Positions 27,583 through 38,050 are shown, counted from the stretch's first letter. The stretch: DNA of 64,000 bases from Candidatus Avisuccinivibrio pullicola (GCA_018713485.1 DVOQ01000047.1:1386-65385), one strand, 5' to 3'. Notes: generated by a model from the sequence alone, not told the origin. Numbers and translations are program-made.

Positions 27583-29085
27583 TTACACCATCATGGCAAT
27601 CAGTTTCTGCTCATTGAGATCGGGGCTGCGCAGCACTTCACCGCTTACGGCACCGTCCTTCATGATGATGATGCGATCGCACATACCGATAAGTTCCATC
27701 AGCTCTTCCGAGATCATGATGATGGACTTGCCGTTCTTGCGCATATGGTTCATTAACTGATAAATGTCCTGCTTGACGCCGATGTCGATACCGCGGGTCG
27801 GACTGTCGAGGACCACGATGTTCGATCCCTTGCCGATCCAGCGGGCTAACACCACCTTCTGCTTGTTACCGCCGGAGAGCTCGGAGACGAACTGATCGGT
27901 GCTCTGCATCTTGACCGACATCTCCTTTGCGTACTCGTTGGCAAACTCACGGGCGCGCTTCCAGTTGATAAACGGGGTGTGTCCGTAAGAGAGGTAGTTG
28001 AGCGAGGGCATGATGATGTTGTCACCGATGGACTGATTAAGCACCACCGATTCGTTGTCACGATCCTTGGAGGTATAGGCGATGGACTTGCGGATGGCGG
28101 TAGGAATGTCGTTGATGTGCGTGCCGTCGGCTAACACCACCTCGCCTTCGCGGTCGTAGGAGGCACCGAAAATGGCCTTGCCGATTTCGTGCATGCCGGA
28201 CTCGGACAGACCGCCGAAACCGAGAATTTCGCCCTGATGGAGATCGAAGGACACGTCGTGGATGATGCCCGGTACCGTGACGTTGCGCACCGAGAGCACC
28301 ACCTCATCGGAGATCTTCTCGCCGTAGTCGGAGCGGTAGTAGTCACCGGTGACCTCACGGCCCACCATGAGCTTCTTTAACTTATCCTGATCAAGGTCTT
28401 TGGCCTTGAGGGTGTCGATGTAGATACCGTCACGCAGAATGGTCACGGTGTCGGACTTGGCGAGAATTTCCGAGAGATCATGGGAAATGAAGATAATGGT
28501 ATTACCCTCATTGCGGATCCTCTCCATGTGCTTGTAGAGCTCCTCACGGCCTTCCTGGGAGAGGGCGGTGGTGGTCTCGTCGATAACCACGATCTTGGGG
28601 TGGAAATAGGTGGCCTTCACAATCTCGATTAACTTTCTGTCCTCGAAATTGTAATCGTCCACCATGGCACCGGCCTTGATGTGGTCAAAACCGTATTCCT
28701 TTAACAGACGGTTGGCCTCGGCGTTCATGGCGATAGTATTGCGGAAGCCGTGCTTGATGAAGCGATCTTCGTGACCTAAGAAGATGTTCTCGGCTACGGT
28801 GAGTCCCGACAGGGTACCTAATTCCTGCACGATGATGGAAATGCCTAAATCATTGGCCTCCACCTGATTGTGGGGATGGATCTCCACGCCGTCGAGCGTG
28901 AAGGTGCCGGTTTCCATGGGGTAAATGCCGGTCAGCATGTTAGTGAGAGTGGACTTGCCGGAGCCGTTCTCACCGATGAGGGCGTGAACCTCGCCCTTGT
29001 TCACGTCAAAGGAGACATTCTGCAGAGCCTTGGTGATACCGAAGTTCTTGCTGATGTTCCTGACCTGTAATCTTACTTCGCTCAT
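27583..29085 (-). CDS. Sugar ABC transporter ATP-binding protein (tandem ABC domains)
   Basis: Walker A GENGSGKST, signature LSGGNKQK and a duplicated NBD architecture; 500 aa. Confidence 0.9.
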   Translation of the reverse strand: MSEVRLQVRNISKNFGITKALQNVSFDVNKGEVHALIGENGSGKSTLTNMLTGIYPMETGTFTLDGVEIHPHNQVEANDLGISIIVQELGTLSGLTVAENIFLGHEDRFIKHGFRNTIAMNAEANRLLKEYGFDHIKAGAMVDDYNFEDRKLIEIVKATYFHPKIVVIDETTTALSQEGREELYKHMERIRNEGNTIIFISHDLSEILAKSDTVTILRDGIYIDTLKAKDLDQDKLKKLMVGREVTGDYYRSDYGEKISDEVVLSVRNVTVPGIIHDVSFDLHQGEILGFGGLSESGMHEIGKAIFGASYDREGEVVLADGTHINDIPTAIRKSIAYTSKDRDNESVVLNQSIGDNIIMPSLNYLSYGHTPFINWKRAREFANEYAKEMSVKMQSTDQFVSELSGGNKQKVVLARWIGKGSNIVVLDSPTRGIDIGVKQDIYQLMNHMRKNGKSIIMISEELMELIGMCDRIIIMKDGAVSGEVLRSPDLNEQKLIAMMV

Positions 29086-29094
29086 AAATACCCC

Positions 29095-30045
29095 TTACTT
29101 CACGATTTCGCCCTTGTTCACCTTGGTGGTGAGGGTAATGATGATGAGCAGCGCCAGACCGGAGATCATGTCCTGAATGGCGGTAGGAGCGCCTAAGGAA
29201 ATGAAGCCGAAGAAAATGATATTCACGATGAACTCACCGAGAATAATGGCCTGCAGCGGGATCCCGTAGCGCATGAAGGCAAGGCCGAAGAAGCAGCCCA
29301 TGGTGGGGATGAAGTTACGGCTCATCGACTGCATGCCGGTCACGGCCACGATGGAGGAACCGTAGGAAATGGTCAGAATGGCCATGGCGCCGAAGAAGGC
29401 ACCGCTTAAGATGAAGGCGTAAACCTTGTAACGGTCCACGTTGATGCCCATGTTCTTAGCTACGAACTCATTGGAGCCGATGGCGTAGGTGTAGGTGCCG
29501 AACTTGGTGTAGTTAAGCATCAGGTAGGCGATGACGAAGGTGATAACGGCAAGGATGATGTTGCCGGGCATCTGGCCTAAGCCACGCAGATCGGAGGGCA
29601 GGGTCTGGCCGATACCGCCGGCGATATAGTTGGCGACGGACTCGTAAATGAGGGCGAGACCTGCGGTGACGATCATCGAGGGAATGCGCAGCTTGACGTA
29701 GAAGTAGCCGTTGCACAGGCCGACGAGACCGCCTGTTACGATGCAGCCCACGACAAGACCCACATAGCCCATGTCAAGGGAGTTGGCTAACTGACAGCCG
29801 ACCACGGCCGAGAGAATGATGTTGGCGCCGATCGAGAAATCGAAGAGGCCCATGTCCATCACGAAGTAGAAACCGATGGCTCCCACGGTGGCGATGAGAC
29901 TTGCCTGGAAGTAGGCGAGGAGGTTTTCGGGCGAACCGAAATTGTCGGGTGTCAGGATCTTAAAGATAAGCCATGACAGGAAGACCAGCGAGATTAGGAC
30001 TATATAGCCCTTGGTCGCGCCGGACAGGTTTTTAAATCCATTCAT
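29095..30045 (-). CDS. Monosaccharide ABC transporter permease (CUT2 family), second subunit
   Basis: Polytopic, with YAIGSNEFVAKNMGINV; first gene of the minus-strand operon. Confidence 0.85.
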   Translation of the reverse strand: MNGFKNLSGATKGYIVLISLVFLSWLIFKILTPDNFGSPENLLAYFQASLIATVGAIGFYFVMDMGLFDFSIGANIILSAVVGCQLANSLDMGYVGLVVGCIVTGGLVGLCNGYFYVKLRIPSMIVTAGLALIYESVANYIAGGIGQTLPSDLRGLGQMPGNIILAVITFVIAYLMLNYTKFGTYTYAIGSNEFVAKNMGINVDRYKVYAFILSGAFFGAMAILTISYGSSIVAVTGMQSMSRNFIPTMGCFFGLAFMRYGIPLQAIILGEFIVNIIFFGFISLGAPTAIQDMISGLALLIIITLTTKVNKGEIVK

Positions 30046-30198
30046 ATTGCTTCTAACCTTACCTTGTGCATGCCGCTAACGGCGTGGCGTTTAACACACG
30101 GGAAGACTCAGGGTGAGTGTGAGAGCCTGAGACGGATCCCGCCCCCTCCCGGAGCACCTTACCTTAGCGCAGGATAGATGGAGCGGTCATGCATGTCA

Positions 30199-30212
30199 CG
30201 CAAACGTTTACG
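30199..30212. promoter_or_regulatory. LacI-type operator-like palindrome CGCAAACGTTTACG
   Basis: A 14-bp palindrome with 1 mismatch, about 155 nt upstream of the ABC operon start. Confidence 0.45.
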
Positions 30213-30346
30213 AGAATTGAACCTGACGCACGTTTTTGACCTCCCCGGCGTGGAAAAACATGAGCTTCATCACAAAATTTAAAACGGTGACGCTGAACGC
30301 CAGAGCGCATAAAATAAGGCTTTATAGGCTGTAGTCAGATTATGTG

Positions 30347-30360
30347 TGTAAACGTTTTCA
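30347..30360. promoter_or_regulatory. LacI-type operator-like palindrome TGTAAACGTTTTCA
   Basis: A 14-bp palindrome with 1 mismatch. It matches the generic LacI/GalR operator pattern TGNAAACGTTTNCA. Confidence 0.45.
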
Positions 30361-30615
30361 GAAGAAAAAAACAGAGGAACAGGCGGAGGAGATAACTGGC
30401 CGGAACACCTCTTCCGTAACAATTTTACGGAAAAGAGCACAGCCTTAGGGAAAGCTTTTAAGGCTCTTAAAAGTCTCTTAATAGGATAAGGGATAGAGTG
30501 CGGGCGTTCTTTGTTGTGCCTCACATTTTTAAAAGGGGCTCAGGCGCCTTAAATGCGCGCCTGAGGGATGACAGGGGAAAAAAGAGAGGCCGTTTAGGTA
30601 CCGTTTAGGTATAAG

Positions 30616-31527
30616 TCAGCTTACGGGCAGATCCCGGTACTCAGTTTTCTTTTGCGGCCACTGTGCCATGAGTACGGCGATGAACATAAGGACACAGCCC
30701 ATGAGCTCGCGGAGGGTGAGGGACTCATTGAGGATGAGGATCCCGAAGATAGTCGCCATTACGGATTCAAGGGAGAGAATGATGGTGGCGACGGCGGGAT
30801 TCATGCCGCGCTGTCCCACGATCTGCAGGGTGTAGGCGACGCCGTTGGACATGATACCCACGTACAGCAGAGCGGGGGCGGCACCTCTGAGGCCCTCCCA
30901 GGTGACGGTGTCATGGACGAGCATGAGGATAAGGCCGATAAAGGAGGCGGCAAAGAACTGTCCGCAGGAGAGCAGGATTCCATCCACCTTATCCACGAAG
31001 TAGGCGATGACGAGGATATGCACGGCAAAGACGATGGCGCAGATAAAGACCATGAGATCGCCTCTCTCAAAGGAAAGCTCTCCCTTGATGCACAGAAGGT
31101 ACAGCCCCGCGACGGAGAGGGCGACGGCCAGCCAGATGAGGGGGCGGATCCGGCGGCCCGTAAATAAGGTGAGGAGGGGCACGAAGATGATGTACATCGA
31201 GGTGATGAAGCCGGCCTTGCCCGCGTCGGTGCCGAATTTCAGGCCAAACTGCTGAAAGGACTCGGCGGCGATGAGACAGGCGCCGCAGGCAAGAGAACCG
31301 AGGAGCAGGGCCTTTTTATCGGTATGGGGGAGGCGGCGGCCACCGCGCTGTCTGATTTTGCGCATGAAGGCGATGACGGGCAAAAGCACGATGCCCCCAA
31401 TCAGGGTGCGGAAAAAGGTAAAGGTAAAGGGCTCGACATGATCCATACCGATACTCTGACCGATAAAGCCCGAACCCCAGATGGTGGCGGTGATGAATAA
31501 AAACAGGGACTGACGCAGTTCAAACAT
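30616..31527 (-). CDS. DMT-superfamily transporter (two EamA domains)
   Basis: A 10-TM pattern, with WGSGFIGQ near the N-terminus and duplicated halves. Confidence 0.8.
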   Translation of the reverse strand: MFELRQSLFLFITATIWGSGFIGQSIGMDHVEPFTFTFFRTLIGGIVLLPVIAFMRKIRQRGGRRLPHTDKKALLLGSLACGACLIAAESFQQFGLKFGTDAGKAGFITSMYIIFVPLLTLFTGRRIRPLIWLAVALSVAGLYLLCIKGELSFERGDLMVFICAIVFAVHILVIAYFVDKVDGILLSCGQFFAASFIGLILMLVHDTVTWEGLRGAAPALLYVGIMSNGVAYTLQIVGQRGMNPAVATIILSLESVMATIFGILILNESLTLRELMGCVLMFIAVLMAQWPQKKTEYRDLPVS

Positions 31528-31738
31528 GCTAAAACCTCGGTTACAGGGCGCAGATTATAGACACACGGGAGCTTTAGCGAAAGAAAAGCCTGTTCAGAGA
31601 TGAGAATGCACTTTTTGGGTGCGTTGTGGCGGGCAGGGACTCGTAAATTAAGGAGAGAAAAGGCGGTCAGAGGCCTAATCCGCGGCACGGAATGCCGTAT
31701 AATGTGCGCTAGATCAGGTTTTAGTCATAAGGGTTTGC

Positions 31739-32647
31739 ATGGCCTTGCGTTTACCGGCTTTTGTCTTAGCTCTCTGTCTTGCAGGCAGTGCTGCTGCTCA
31801 CACTTATCCCGTGGATGAAACGACCGCTCTCGTGGGCGCTGAGGATACCTATCTTATCGGAGAGGGCACCACGACGCTTGAATACGTGGCGGCGCACTAT
31901 CAGTTAGGCCTCTCCAATATGATTGAGGCCAATCCCAAGGCCGATCCCATCGTGCCCTTAAGCGGCACGCGCCTTATCATCCCCAACCGTCTCATTCTGC
32001 CTGATGCCAGACGTGAGGGGATCGTCGTCAACTCCCCCGAGATGCGTCTTTATTACTATCATGACGGGGTAGTGGACGTGCTGCCCATCGGTATCGGCGA
32101 GGCCGGTAAGGATACGCCGCTGAACTGGACCACCAAGGTGGAGCGCAAGCGCGCCAATCCCACGTGGACGCCCACGGCCAAGATGCACGCCGAGTACCGG
32201 GCGCGCGGGGAATATTTACCTGCGGTGTGGCCGGCAGGTCCTGACAACCCCATGGGACTTTTCGCCCTCTACGTGGGACGTCTTTTCGCCATTCACGGCA
32301 CCAATGCCGATTTCGGTATCGGACTTAGGGTAAGCCACGGCTGCGTGAGGCTGAGAAACGCGGACATCGAATATCTCTTTAATGCCGTGCCGGTAGGCAC
32401 GCGGGTGCAGTTTATCAATCAGCCCGTAAAATACGCGCGCGATACGCTCGGTAATATCTACATCGAGGTGCATCAGCCGCTCTCGGCCAATGAAAGCGAG
32501 TTTGAGTCCGATGCGGTGCTGCCCCTGAATCTGTCTGAGGAGGCTGAGGAATTTTTAAGCGCTCCCGAGATTGACAGGGAGATCCTCGCCCGTGCCTTAA
32601 GTGAGCGCTCGGGGCGTCCCGTGCTCTTAAATCCGCCGCGTCTTTAG
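31739..32647 (+). CDS. L,D-transpeptidase (YkuD domain; ErfK/YbiS/YcfS-like)
   Basis: Signal peptide, [23 protein letters not shown] and the catalytic [25 protein letters not shown]. Confidence 0.85.
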   Translation: MALRLPAFVLALCLAGSAAAHTYPVDETTALVGAEDTYLIGEGTTTLEYVAAHYQLGLSNMIEANPKADPIVPLSGTRLIIPNRLILPDARREGIVVNSPEMRLYYYHDGVVDVLPIGIGEAGKDTPLNWTTKVERKRANPTWTPTAKMHAEYRARGEYLPAVWPAGPDNPMGLFALYVGRLFAIHGTNADFGIGLRVSHGCVRLRNADIEYLFNAVPVGTRVQFINQPVKYARDTLGNIYIEVHQPLSANESEFESDAVLPLNLSEEAEEFLSAPEIDREILARALSERSGRPVLLNPPRL

Positions 32648-32650
32648 ACT

Positions 32651-35356
32651 ATGCTCCGCTCCGGCCGTCTTATTCTTCTCCTGAGTACTGCCCTGTGCTT
32701 AAGTGCAGCGCAGGCCGTCCCGGCTCAGGAGATGGCAGTTAAAGGGGCAGAAGGCCCCGTTTCCGAGAGGAATATCGCCGCTAAGGCCACAGAGAGCCTG
32801 CATGGGGAGGGGCTGCTTCTTGCGCAGAACGATGCCGAGTCGCATCTTGCCTACACCACCTCGGCGCGTGAGAGCCTGGGCAGGGCGCGCCTGGCCATGG
32901 AAGCACTGCATCAGTACACGGGTAAAAGCGCCTCCTTAAAGGGTTACCGCCTCTTTGATTTCAGCATCCTTGACGATGCGGCCACGGTGAAGGCGCGCTA
33001 TAAGGCGGCGGGCTGGCAGATGCCGGAACTTGCCAGCTACAGCGATCTTCCCTGGGGGATCAATGTGCGCCGCGCCTTCTTTAACGATTACGTGGGCTTT
33101 CTGCTGCGCCATAACCTGCGCGTGCCGCGCACTTTCGCCGTGCCAGTGGTGTACAGAAAAGGAGGACCGTACCGCTCACGGGTCTATAACGTTTCCTTAC
33201 CTTCGGGACTGTGCGCCGGACAGGGCATTATCGCCGCCTACGTGCGCGAGCAGTGCCACGGCGAGAGCGCGTGGTATTCGCTTATCGAAAATCCCATGCC
33301 GCCTGAGCCCGTGGCGCGCCAGGGGGTATATCAGGGGCTTCCCGGGCAGGTGGCCCGCAACGGGCTGCAGCAGGAGGCAGGCTCCTTATCCATCATTACC
33401 ATGGCAAGGCTTCTGGGGTTCCTGTCGCGCGCCACGGATACGGCCTTCAGGGAGCCGCCCTCGCTTTTTGACCGTCATCTCTATGCCAGAGGGCTTTCCT
33501 CCTTTGTCGGCACCGAGTCCTTTGCCTCTCTGGGACCTGGCTGCTCGGTAAAGGCGCCCGCCTTCTGTAATCTCTCTTTCGTAGGACCTAACGTGGCGAA
33601 GGCCCTGGAGGGCAGTACCAATCCGCTCTTTATCCTCCCTGACGGGGGCTACGGACTTCCCGTGAACATCGATCACAGCGGCAATTTCTGGCTGCAGGCC
33701 GGACCTACGCTCTTCTCCGGGGAAAGTTACAAAAATCATCCCGCCTTAACCGCCATGGAACTCTATATGCTTAAGGATCTGGGCTATAAGGTGGATGTGG
33801 GGGAATTTTTCGGCTCTGCGCACTATGCAGTGGGAACTGCGGAACAGCCCTTAAAGATCACGGTCAATGAGGGCTTTGGCGCCTACGATGCCGCTAAGGG
33901 CGTAAGCCGTAAGGGCGTGCCTTCCCACCTGCCTTTAGGGGTGGGACTGCATGTCATGAGCGATTACAGCGAGGTCCTCGTCAATGCCGATCTGCTGACG
34001 GTAGGGGCGGGAGCCCTGGGCGTGCGCCTTGAGGGCGAGCACAATACGCTTAACGTGCCGTTTCGCACCGATATCGTAAGTAACGGTGAGAAAGGTGCGG
34101 GCATTGCCGTGACCTATGGCCGTGACATGCAGTTAAATGTGGACGGCAGCGTGGTGGCCTCAGGACCCGGCGGCGTGGCGGTGCTCGCGGATTTCGGCTC
34201 GAATCTCTATTCCGATTTAGTCGAGTACCGCGGCTCATGGCAGGCTTCCTCTACTCTCGAAAACCGCGAGCTGCCTCTGCCGGATAAGGTGCGCGGACCG
34301 CTTATATCAAGGCTTAACATCACAGGTCAGCTCTCGGGGAGCAAGGCTGCGCTCTTTATCGCCCCCTCCGCCCTGGTGCGGGAGGTCAATTTCGCGGGCG
34401 ATGCCTACGTGGAAGGACGGATCGTCTCGCTCTTTACACCCGAGATCACCTCCGATGGACGGATCATCGTGCATCCTCACGTGGATCCCGAGTTCAGAGC
34501 TCCCACGGTGCAGATCCCCGGTTTCCCGGCCGCTGGCAGCTTAAGGGAGCAGGAGCGCTTTGTGCGCAGGCAGCTCAACACCGTGCTGCATTTCGGTGCC
34601 GAGCGGGAGCAGATCATGGAGCCTTATGCGGCGGACGTGGAGCTTAAGGGAGATCCGGAAAGCGAGATCACCGTGGACGGCGATATCATCGGCCGCAGTT
34701 TTATCCTGCGCGTTCTTGACGGCATTACGCGCGTCAACGGCACGCTGCAGGTACGCCGTCTCTACCTTGACGGCGGACAGCTGTCCCTCGACGCGGGAGG
34801 ACGCTCCCATCAGCTCAACCGCCTCGTGATGGACCGTGGGACCGCTCTTGATCTGGTCAACGGAGAGCCTGACCGCGTGGAGGTGGTCAACGGTATCGCG
34901 GTGGGCCATCAGGCTGCGATCCGCGTGGATGCCGGCAGTGACGGCCGCATGCTGGATACCCTGGAGGTGAAGGGCGATTTCCGCGTCCGCGATCCGCAGT
35001 TAAGTCTGGAGCCAGGGCTAAGCTACGATGCCTTAAAGCGTCTGGCCGCCTCTCCCATGGACTTACTGCGCTTTGTCACCACCTTCGTAGACAGCGCTAA
35101 TGAATCCTTAAAGGCCTATAACGTTTCGGTGCGCTTTCCTGAGCATCTCTGGGACAGCACCGGCGCATACGGCCGTGAGCTGCGCTGTACCGCCCGTGGC
35201 TGCCGCATTGGCCGCTTTGTCAAAAACTGCGCCGCTGAAGAAGAGGAACTGTCCACGCAAAACTATCTTTTAAGTATCGGCGGTCTGCTCATTCTCGTGG
35301 CCGGTACCCTCCTGTACTTCAATATGTACCGCTTAAGAAACCGCCTGCGCCGCTAG
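32651..35356 (+). CDS. Large exported protein of unknown function with a C-terminal TM anchor and basic tail
   Basis: Signal peptide MLRSGRLILLLSTALCLSAAQA. The centre is Gly/Val-rich and repetitive (GAGALGVRLEGEHNTLNV..GAGIAVTYG..GPGGVAVLADFG). The C-terminus reads LLSIGGLLILVAGTLLYFNMYRLRNRLRR. It starts 4 nt after the L,D-transpeptidase stop. Confidence 0.6.
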   Translation: MLRSGRLILLLSTALCLSAAQAVPAQEMAVKGAEGPVSERNIAAKATESLHGEGLLLAQNDAESHLAYTTSARESLGRARLAMEALHQYTGKSASLKGYRLFDFSILDDAATVKARYKAAGWQMPELASYSDLPWGINVRRAFFNDYVGFLLRHNLRVPRTFAVPVVYRKGGPYRSRVYNVSLPSGLCAGQGIIAAYVREQCHGESAWYSLIENPMPPEPVARQGVYQGLPGQVARNGLQQEAGSLSIITMARLLGFLSRATDTAFREPPSLFDRHLYARGLSSFVGTESFASLGPGCSVKAPAFCNLSFVGPNVAKALEGSTNPLFILPDGGYGLPVNIDHSGNFWLQAGPTLFSGESYKNHPALTAMELYMLKDLGYKVDVGEFFGSAHYAVGTAEQPLKITVNEGFGAYDAAKGVSRKGVPSHLPLGVGLHVMSDYSEVLVNADLLTVGAGALGVRLEGEHNTLNVPFRTDIVSNGEKGAGIAVTYGRDMQLNVDGSVVASGPGGVAVLADFGSNLYSDLVEYRGSWQASSTLENRELPLPDKVRGPLISRLNITGQLSGSKAALFIAPSALVREVNFAGDAYVEGRIVSLFTPEITSDGRIIVHPHVDPEFRAPTVQIPGFPAAGSLREQERFVRRQLNTVLHFGAEREQIMEPYAADVELKGDPESEITVDGDIIGRSFILRVLDGITRVNGTLQVRRLYLDGGQLSLDAGGRSHQLNRLVMDRGTALDLVNGEPDRVEVVNGIAVGHQAAIRVDAGSDGRMLDTLEVKGDFRVRDPQLSLEPGLSYDALKRLAASPMDLLRFVTTFVDSANESLKAYNVSVRFPEHLWDSTGAYGRELRCTARGCRIGRFVKNCAAEEEELSTQNYLLSIGGLLILVAGTLLYFNMYRLRNRLRR

Positions 35357-35473
35357 AGCTCTAAGGCTTAGAGCAGGGGGATCTGCTTTCTGCATGCTTT
35401 TCCCCTGCGGCGCATTTCATCAACATGCGGCAAGGAGAGGGGGTGATCCTTTTTATCCTGGGTTGACTCAGAC

Positions 35474-37072
35474 TTAGGGGCGCAGCAGCTTTAAGAGGGC
35501 CTGCTGCGTGGGATTAAGGCCATGCTTCAGGGAGTAAGCGCCCCACAGGGCGTTGAGGATGAGGAGAAGCAGGAGCGGCAGAAACGAAAAGCGCGCGTAG
35601 GGCGTCTGCCCCGTATAGGGGGTGAAGTCCACGTTAAGTACCGCAGGTACGTCGCGCTTTAATTCCTGACTTACCCTGCCTGCGGCATCAATTAAGGCGG
35701 TGACGCCTGAATTGGTGACGCGGATTAAGGGTTTTTGCATTTCCATGGCGCGCAGACGGGCGATGTTCAGATGCTCTAAAGGTCCGCGGGTGGGGCCAAA
35801 CCATGAATCATTGGAGAGCATGAGAATACCGTTGACCTCAGGACTGTCGAGGGACAGCATGAGTTCAGGGAATACCGTCTCGTAGCAGATCGCGGGATTG
35901 AGAGTGAGAGAGCCTACGTGCAGAGAGCTCTGATCGGACGGGCCTTCCGCGAAGGCGGACATGGGGAAATTAAAGATGGAGCCTAAGGGGCGCAGGGTCT
36001 TTTCCAGAGGCACGTACTCGCCAAAGGGCACGAGGTGGCGCTTGTCATAGCGCTTTTGCGTGGCCGCCTCCAGGTCACTGCCGTCAAGGACAAGGATGGA
36101 ATTGGTGGCGCGGCGCGTTCCGTTCTCCGTGAAACGGTGCTGAATGCCGCTTACAAGACAGGAGTCATGTTCCCTTACTACCGCGTTTAAATCCTCAAGG
36201 AGAGGGAAGGCGTCCTCAATATAGAGGGGAATGGCCGACTCGGGCCAGATCACCGTGCGTCCCTGATGCAGGGCCTCCTCACTTAACTCCCAGTAGGTGG
36301 CCAGGGTCGGGCCTACCATGTCGGAACGCCATTTGACGGACTGAGCGATATTGCCCTGCACGAGGGTGAGGGGAATACGTTCCTCACTAGGCTCCGTGTA
36401 GCGGATCCCCATGGTGAGCACGCCTGCGATGACGATAAAGCCGGCCACGGGCAGATAGATAAACTGCCGCATGATGGTAAGGGAGACCGCTCCGGCCGTG
36501 ATGTAGATGAGAAAGTTCATGCCGCGGACGCCGATGAGGGGAGCGAAGGCGGCAAAGGGACTGTCGGTAAAGCCGTAGCCTGCAAAGGTCCACGGAAAGC
36601 CGCTTAACAGATAGCCTATAAGAAAGTCAGAGAGCGTAAAGGTAAGGGGCAGGAAGGAGAGATTAAAGGCGATGGTGTGATGGCCTGCGATCCTGAAGGC
36701 AAGGAGCGTTAACAGCGCGTAGGGCAGGGAGAGATAGACCGAAAAGAGGAGCACCACGCTGATACTTAAGGCCGCGGGCAGGGCACCAAAGCCTTCCATG
36801 ACGAAATTAAGCCACCACAGGGTGAGGGCGTTATAGGCGGTAAAGAAGGACAGCGTTACGGTAAAGAGCTGCCTTTTCAGGCTTAAAAGCGAGAGAATGA
36901 AAAAGAGGAAGATAAGAGCGGCCAGGGTCAGAGGCCACTTTAAATAGGGAGCCTGCCCGATGGAGGCGATGGCGCCTAAGAGCGCCGGTATGAGCACTAA
37001 ACCCAGGGGATGGGTGAGCACGGCGCGCAGAAAGGCGCTCTCTCCTGATTTCTCTAACAGCCTGCGTAACAC
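35474..37072 (-). CDS. lnt: Apolipoprotein N-acyltransferase
   Basis: N-terminal polytopic region plus a CN-hydrolase domain (VIWPESAIP, ICYETVFPE), with synteny to corC. Confidence 0.9.
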   Translation of the reverse strand: MLRRLLEKSGESAFLRAVLTHPLGLVLIPALLGAIASIGQAPYLKWPLTLAALIFLFFILSLLSLKRQLFTVTLSFFTAYNALTLWWLNFVMEGFGALPAALSISVVLLFSVYLSLPYALLTLLAFRIAGHHTIAFNLSFLPLTFTLSDFLIGYLLSGFPWTFAGYGFTDSPFAAFAPLIGVRGMNFLIYITAGAVSLTIMRQFIYLPVAGFIVIAGVLTMGIRYTEPSEERIPLTLVQGNIAQSVKWRSDMVGPTLATYWELSEEALHQGRTVIWPESAIPLYIEDAFPLLEDLNAVVREHDSCLVSGIQHRFTENGTRRATNSILVLDGSDLEAATQKRYDKRHLVPFGEYVPLEKTLRPLGSIFNFPMSAFAEGPSDQSSLHVGSLTLNPAICYETVFPELMLSLDSPEVNGILMLSNDSWFGPTRGPLEHLNIARLRAMEMQKPLIRVTNSGVTALIDAAGRVSQELKRDVPAVLNVDFTPYTGQTPYARFSFLPLLLLLILNALWGAYSLKHGLNPTQQALLKLLRP

Positions 37073-37149
37073 TTAATTTCCCCCAAATCCGCCCCAGCAG
37101 GGGGAAAGCGCGCCCCCGGCCGTCTGTTTAAGCCTGTTTTGCGGACGGC

Positions 37150-38016
37150 CTACGAGGCGCTGTCCTTGATGTCCTTTACCTGCGTCAGGGACAGGCGCGT
37201 GACCTGATGGTGACTGGCCTCTAAGACCTTGAAGATGAACCTGCCGATCCGCGCTTCTTCATTGACCGCGGGAATATGCCCGATACAGTGAATGACGAGA
37301 CCTGCCACGGTATCCACGTCGGGACTGGGTAAATCGGCTTTGAAGTAGTCGTTGAAGTCGGAGATGAGGGTCACGCCTTCCATCTCCCACGTGTTCTCGC
37401 CCACCTTGACGATGGGAGGAGCGTCCTCTTCCTCGGTGTCGTATTCATCGGCGATGTCGCCTACGATGAGTTCCAGGATGTCTTCAATGGTGATAAGGCC
37501 GCACACGCCGCCGAACTCATCGACCACCACCGCGATGTGGAGGTGATTTTCCTGGAAATGCTTGAGCATCGCGTCCACGCGCAACGTCTCGGGCACCACG
37601 GTGCAGGGACGGACGATGTCGGCTATCGACTTTAAGGGCTCCTTTAAGGCACAGGCGTAAGGCAGCAGATCCTTGGCGTTGAGAATGCCGATGATGTGAT
37701 CGCGATCTTCCTCGCTTACCGGATAGCGCGAGTGTCCTGAGGAGGCGATGACCTCCACGGCCTCTTTGACGCCCAACTCGGAATCGAGCGTCACCATCTC
37801 CGAGCGCGGGATCATGATGTCGCTTACTCTGAGACGCGAAATGTCGAAGACACCCTTTAACATGTCCTCGGTATCCTCGTCGATGACATCGCGCGAGCCG
37901 GCCTCGGCAATGACGTCGGCTAATTCCTTGCGCGTGGAGGGACGTAATCCGCGGAGCATGCGCTTTATCAGACTGTCTTTATTCTCTTCTTCCCTGACGT
38001 TAACCGTATCGTTCAT
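37150..38016 (-). CDS. corC: CorC/HlyC-family Mg/Co efflux-associated protein (CBS pair + CorC_HlyC domain)
   Basis: MIPRSEMV, CBS repeats, GLITIEDILE, and synteny ybeY-corC-lnt. Confidence 0.9.
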   Translation of the reverse strand: MNDTVNVREEENKDSLIKRMLRGLRPSTRKELADVIAEAGSRDVIDEDTEDMLKGVFDISRLRVSDIMIPRSEMVTLDSELGVKEAVEVIASSGHSRYPVSEEDRDHIIGILNAKDLLPYACALKEPLKSIADIVRPCTVVPETLRVDAMLKHFQENHLHIAVVVDEFGGVCGLITIEDILELIVGDIADEYDTEEEDAPPIVKVGENTWEMEGVTLISDFNDYFKADLPSPDVDTVAGLVIHCIGHIPAVNEEARIGRFIFKVLEASHHQVTRLSLTQVKDIKDSAS

Positions 38017-38050
38017 AGTTAGGTTTCATCCTGATGCTGTTGACTGAGCC

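Noticed and set aside
30279-30524. 81-aa minus-strand ORF in the arabinose ABC promoter region
   Set aside because: It has no RBS and no motifs. It overlaps the operator-like palindrome, so the region is better explained as regulatory DNA.
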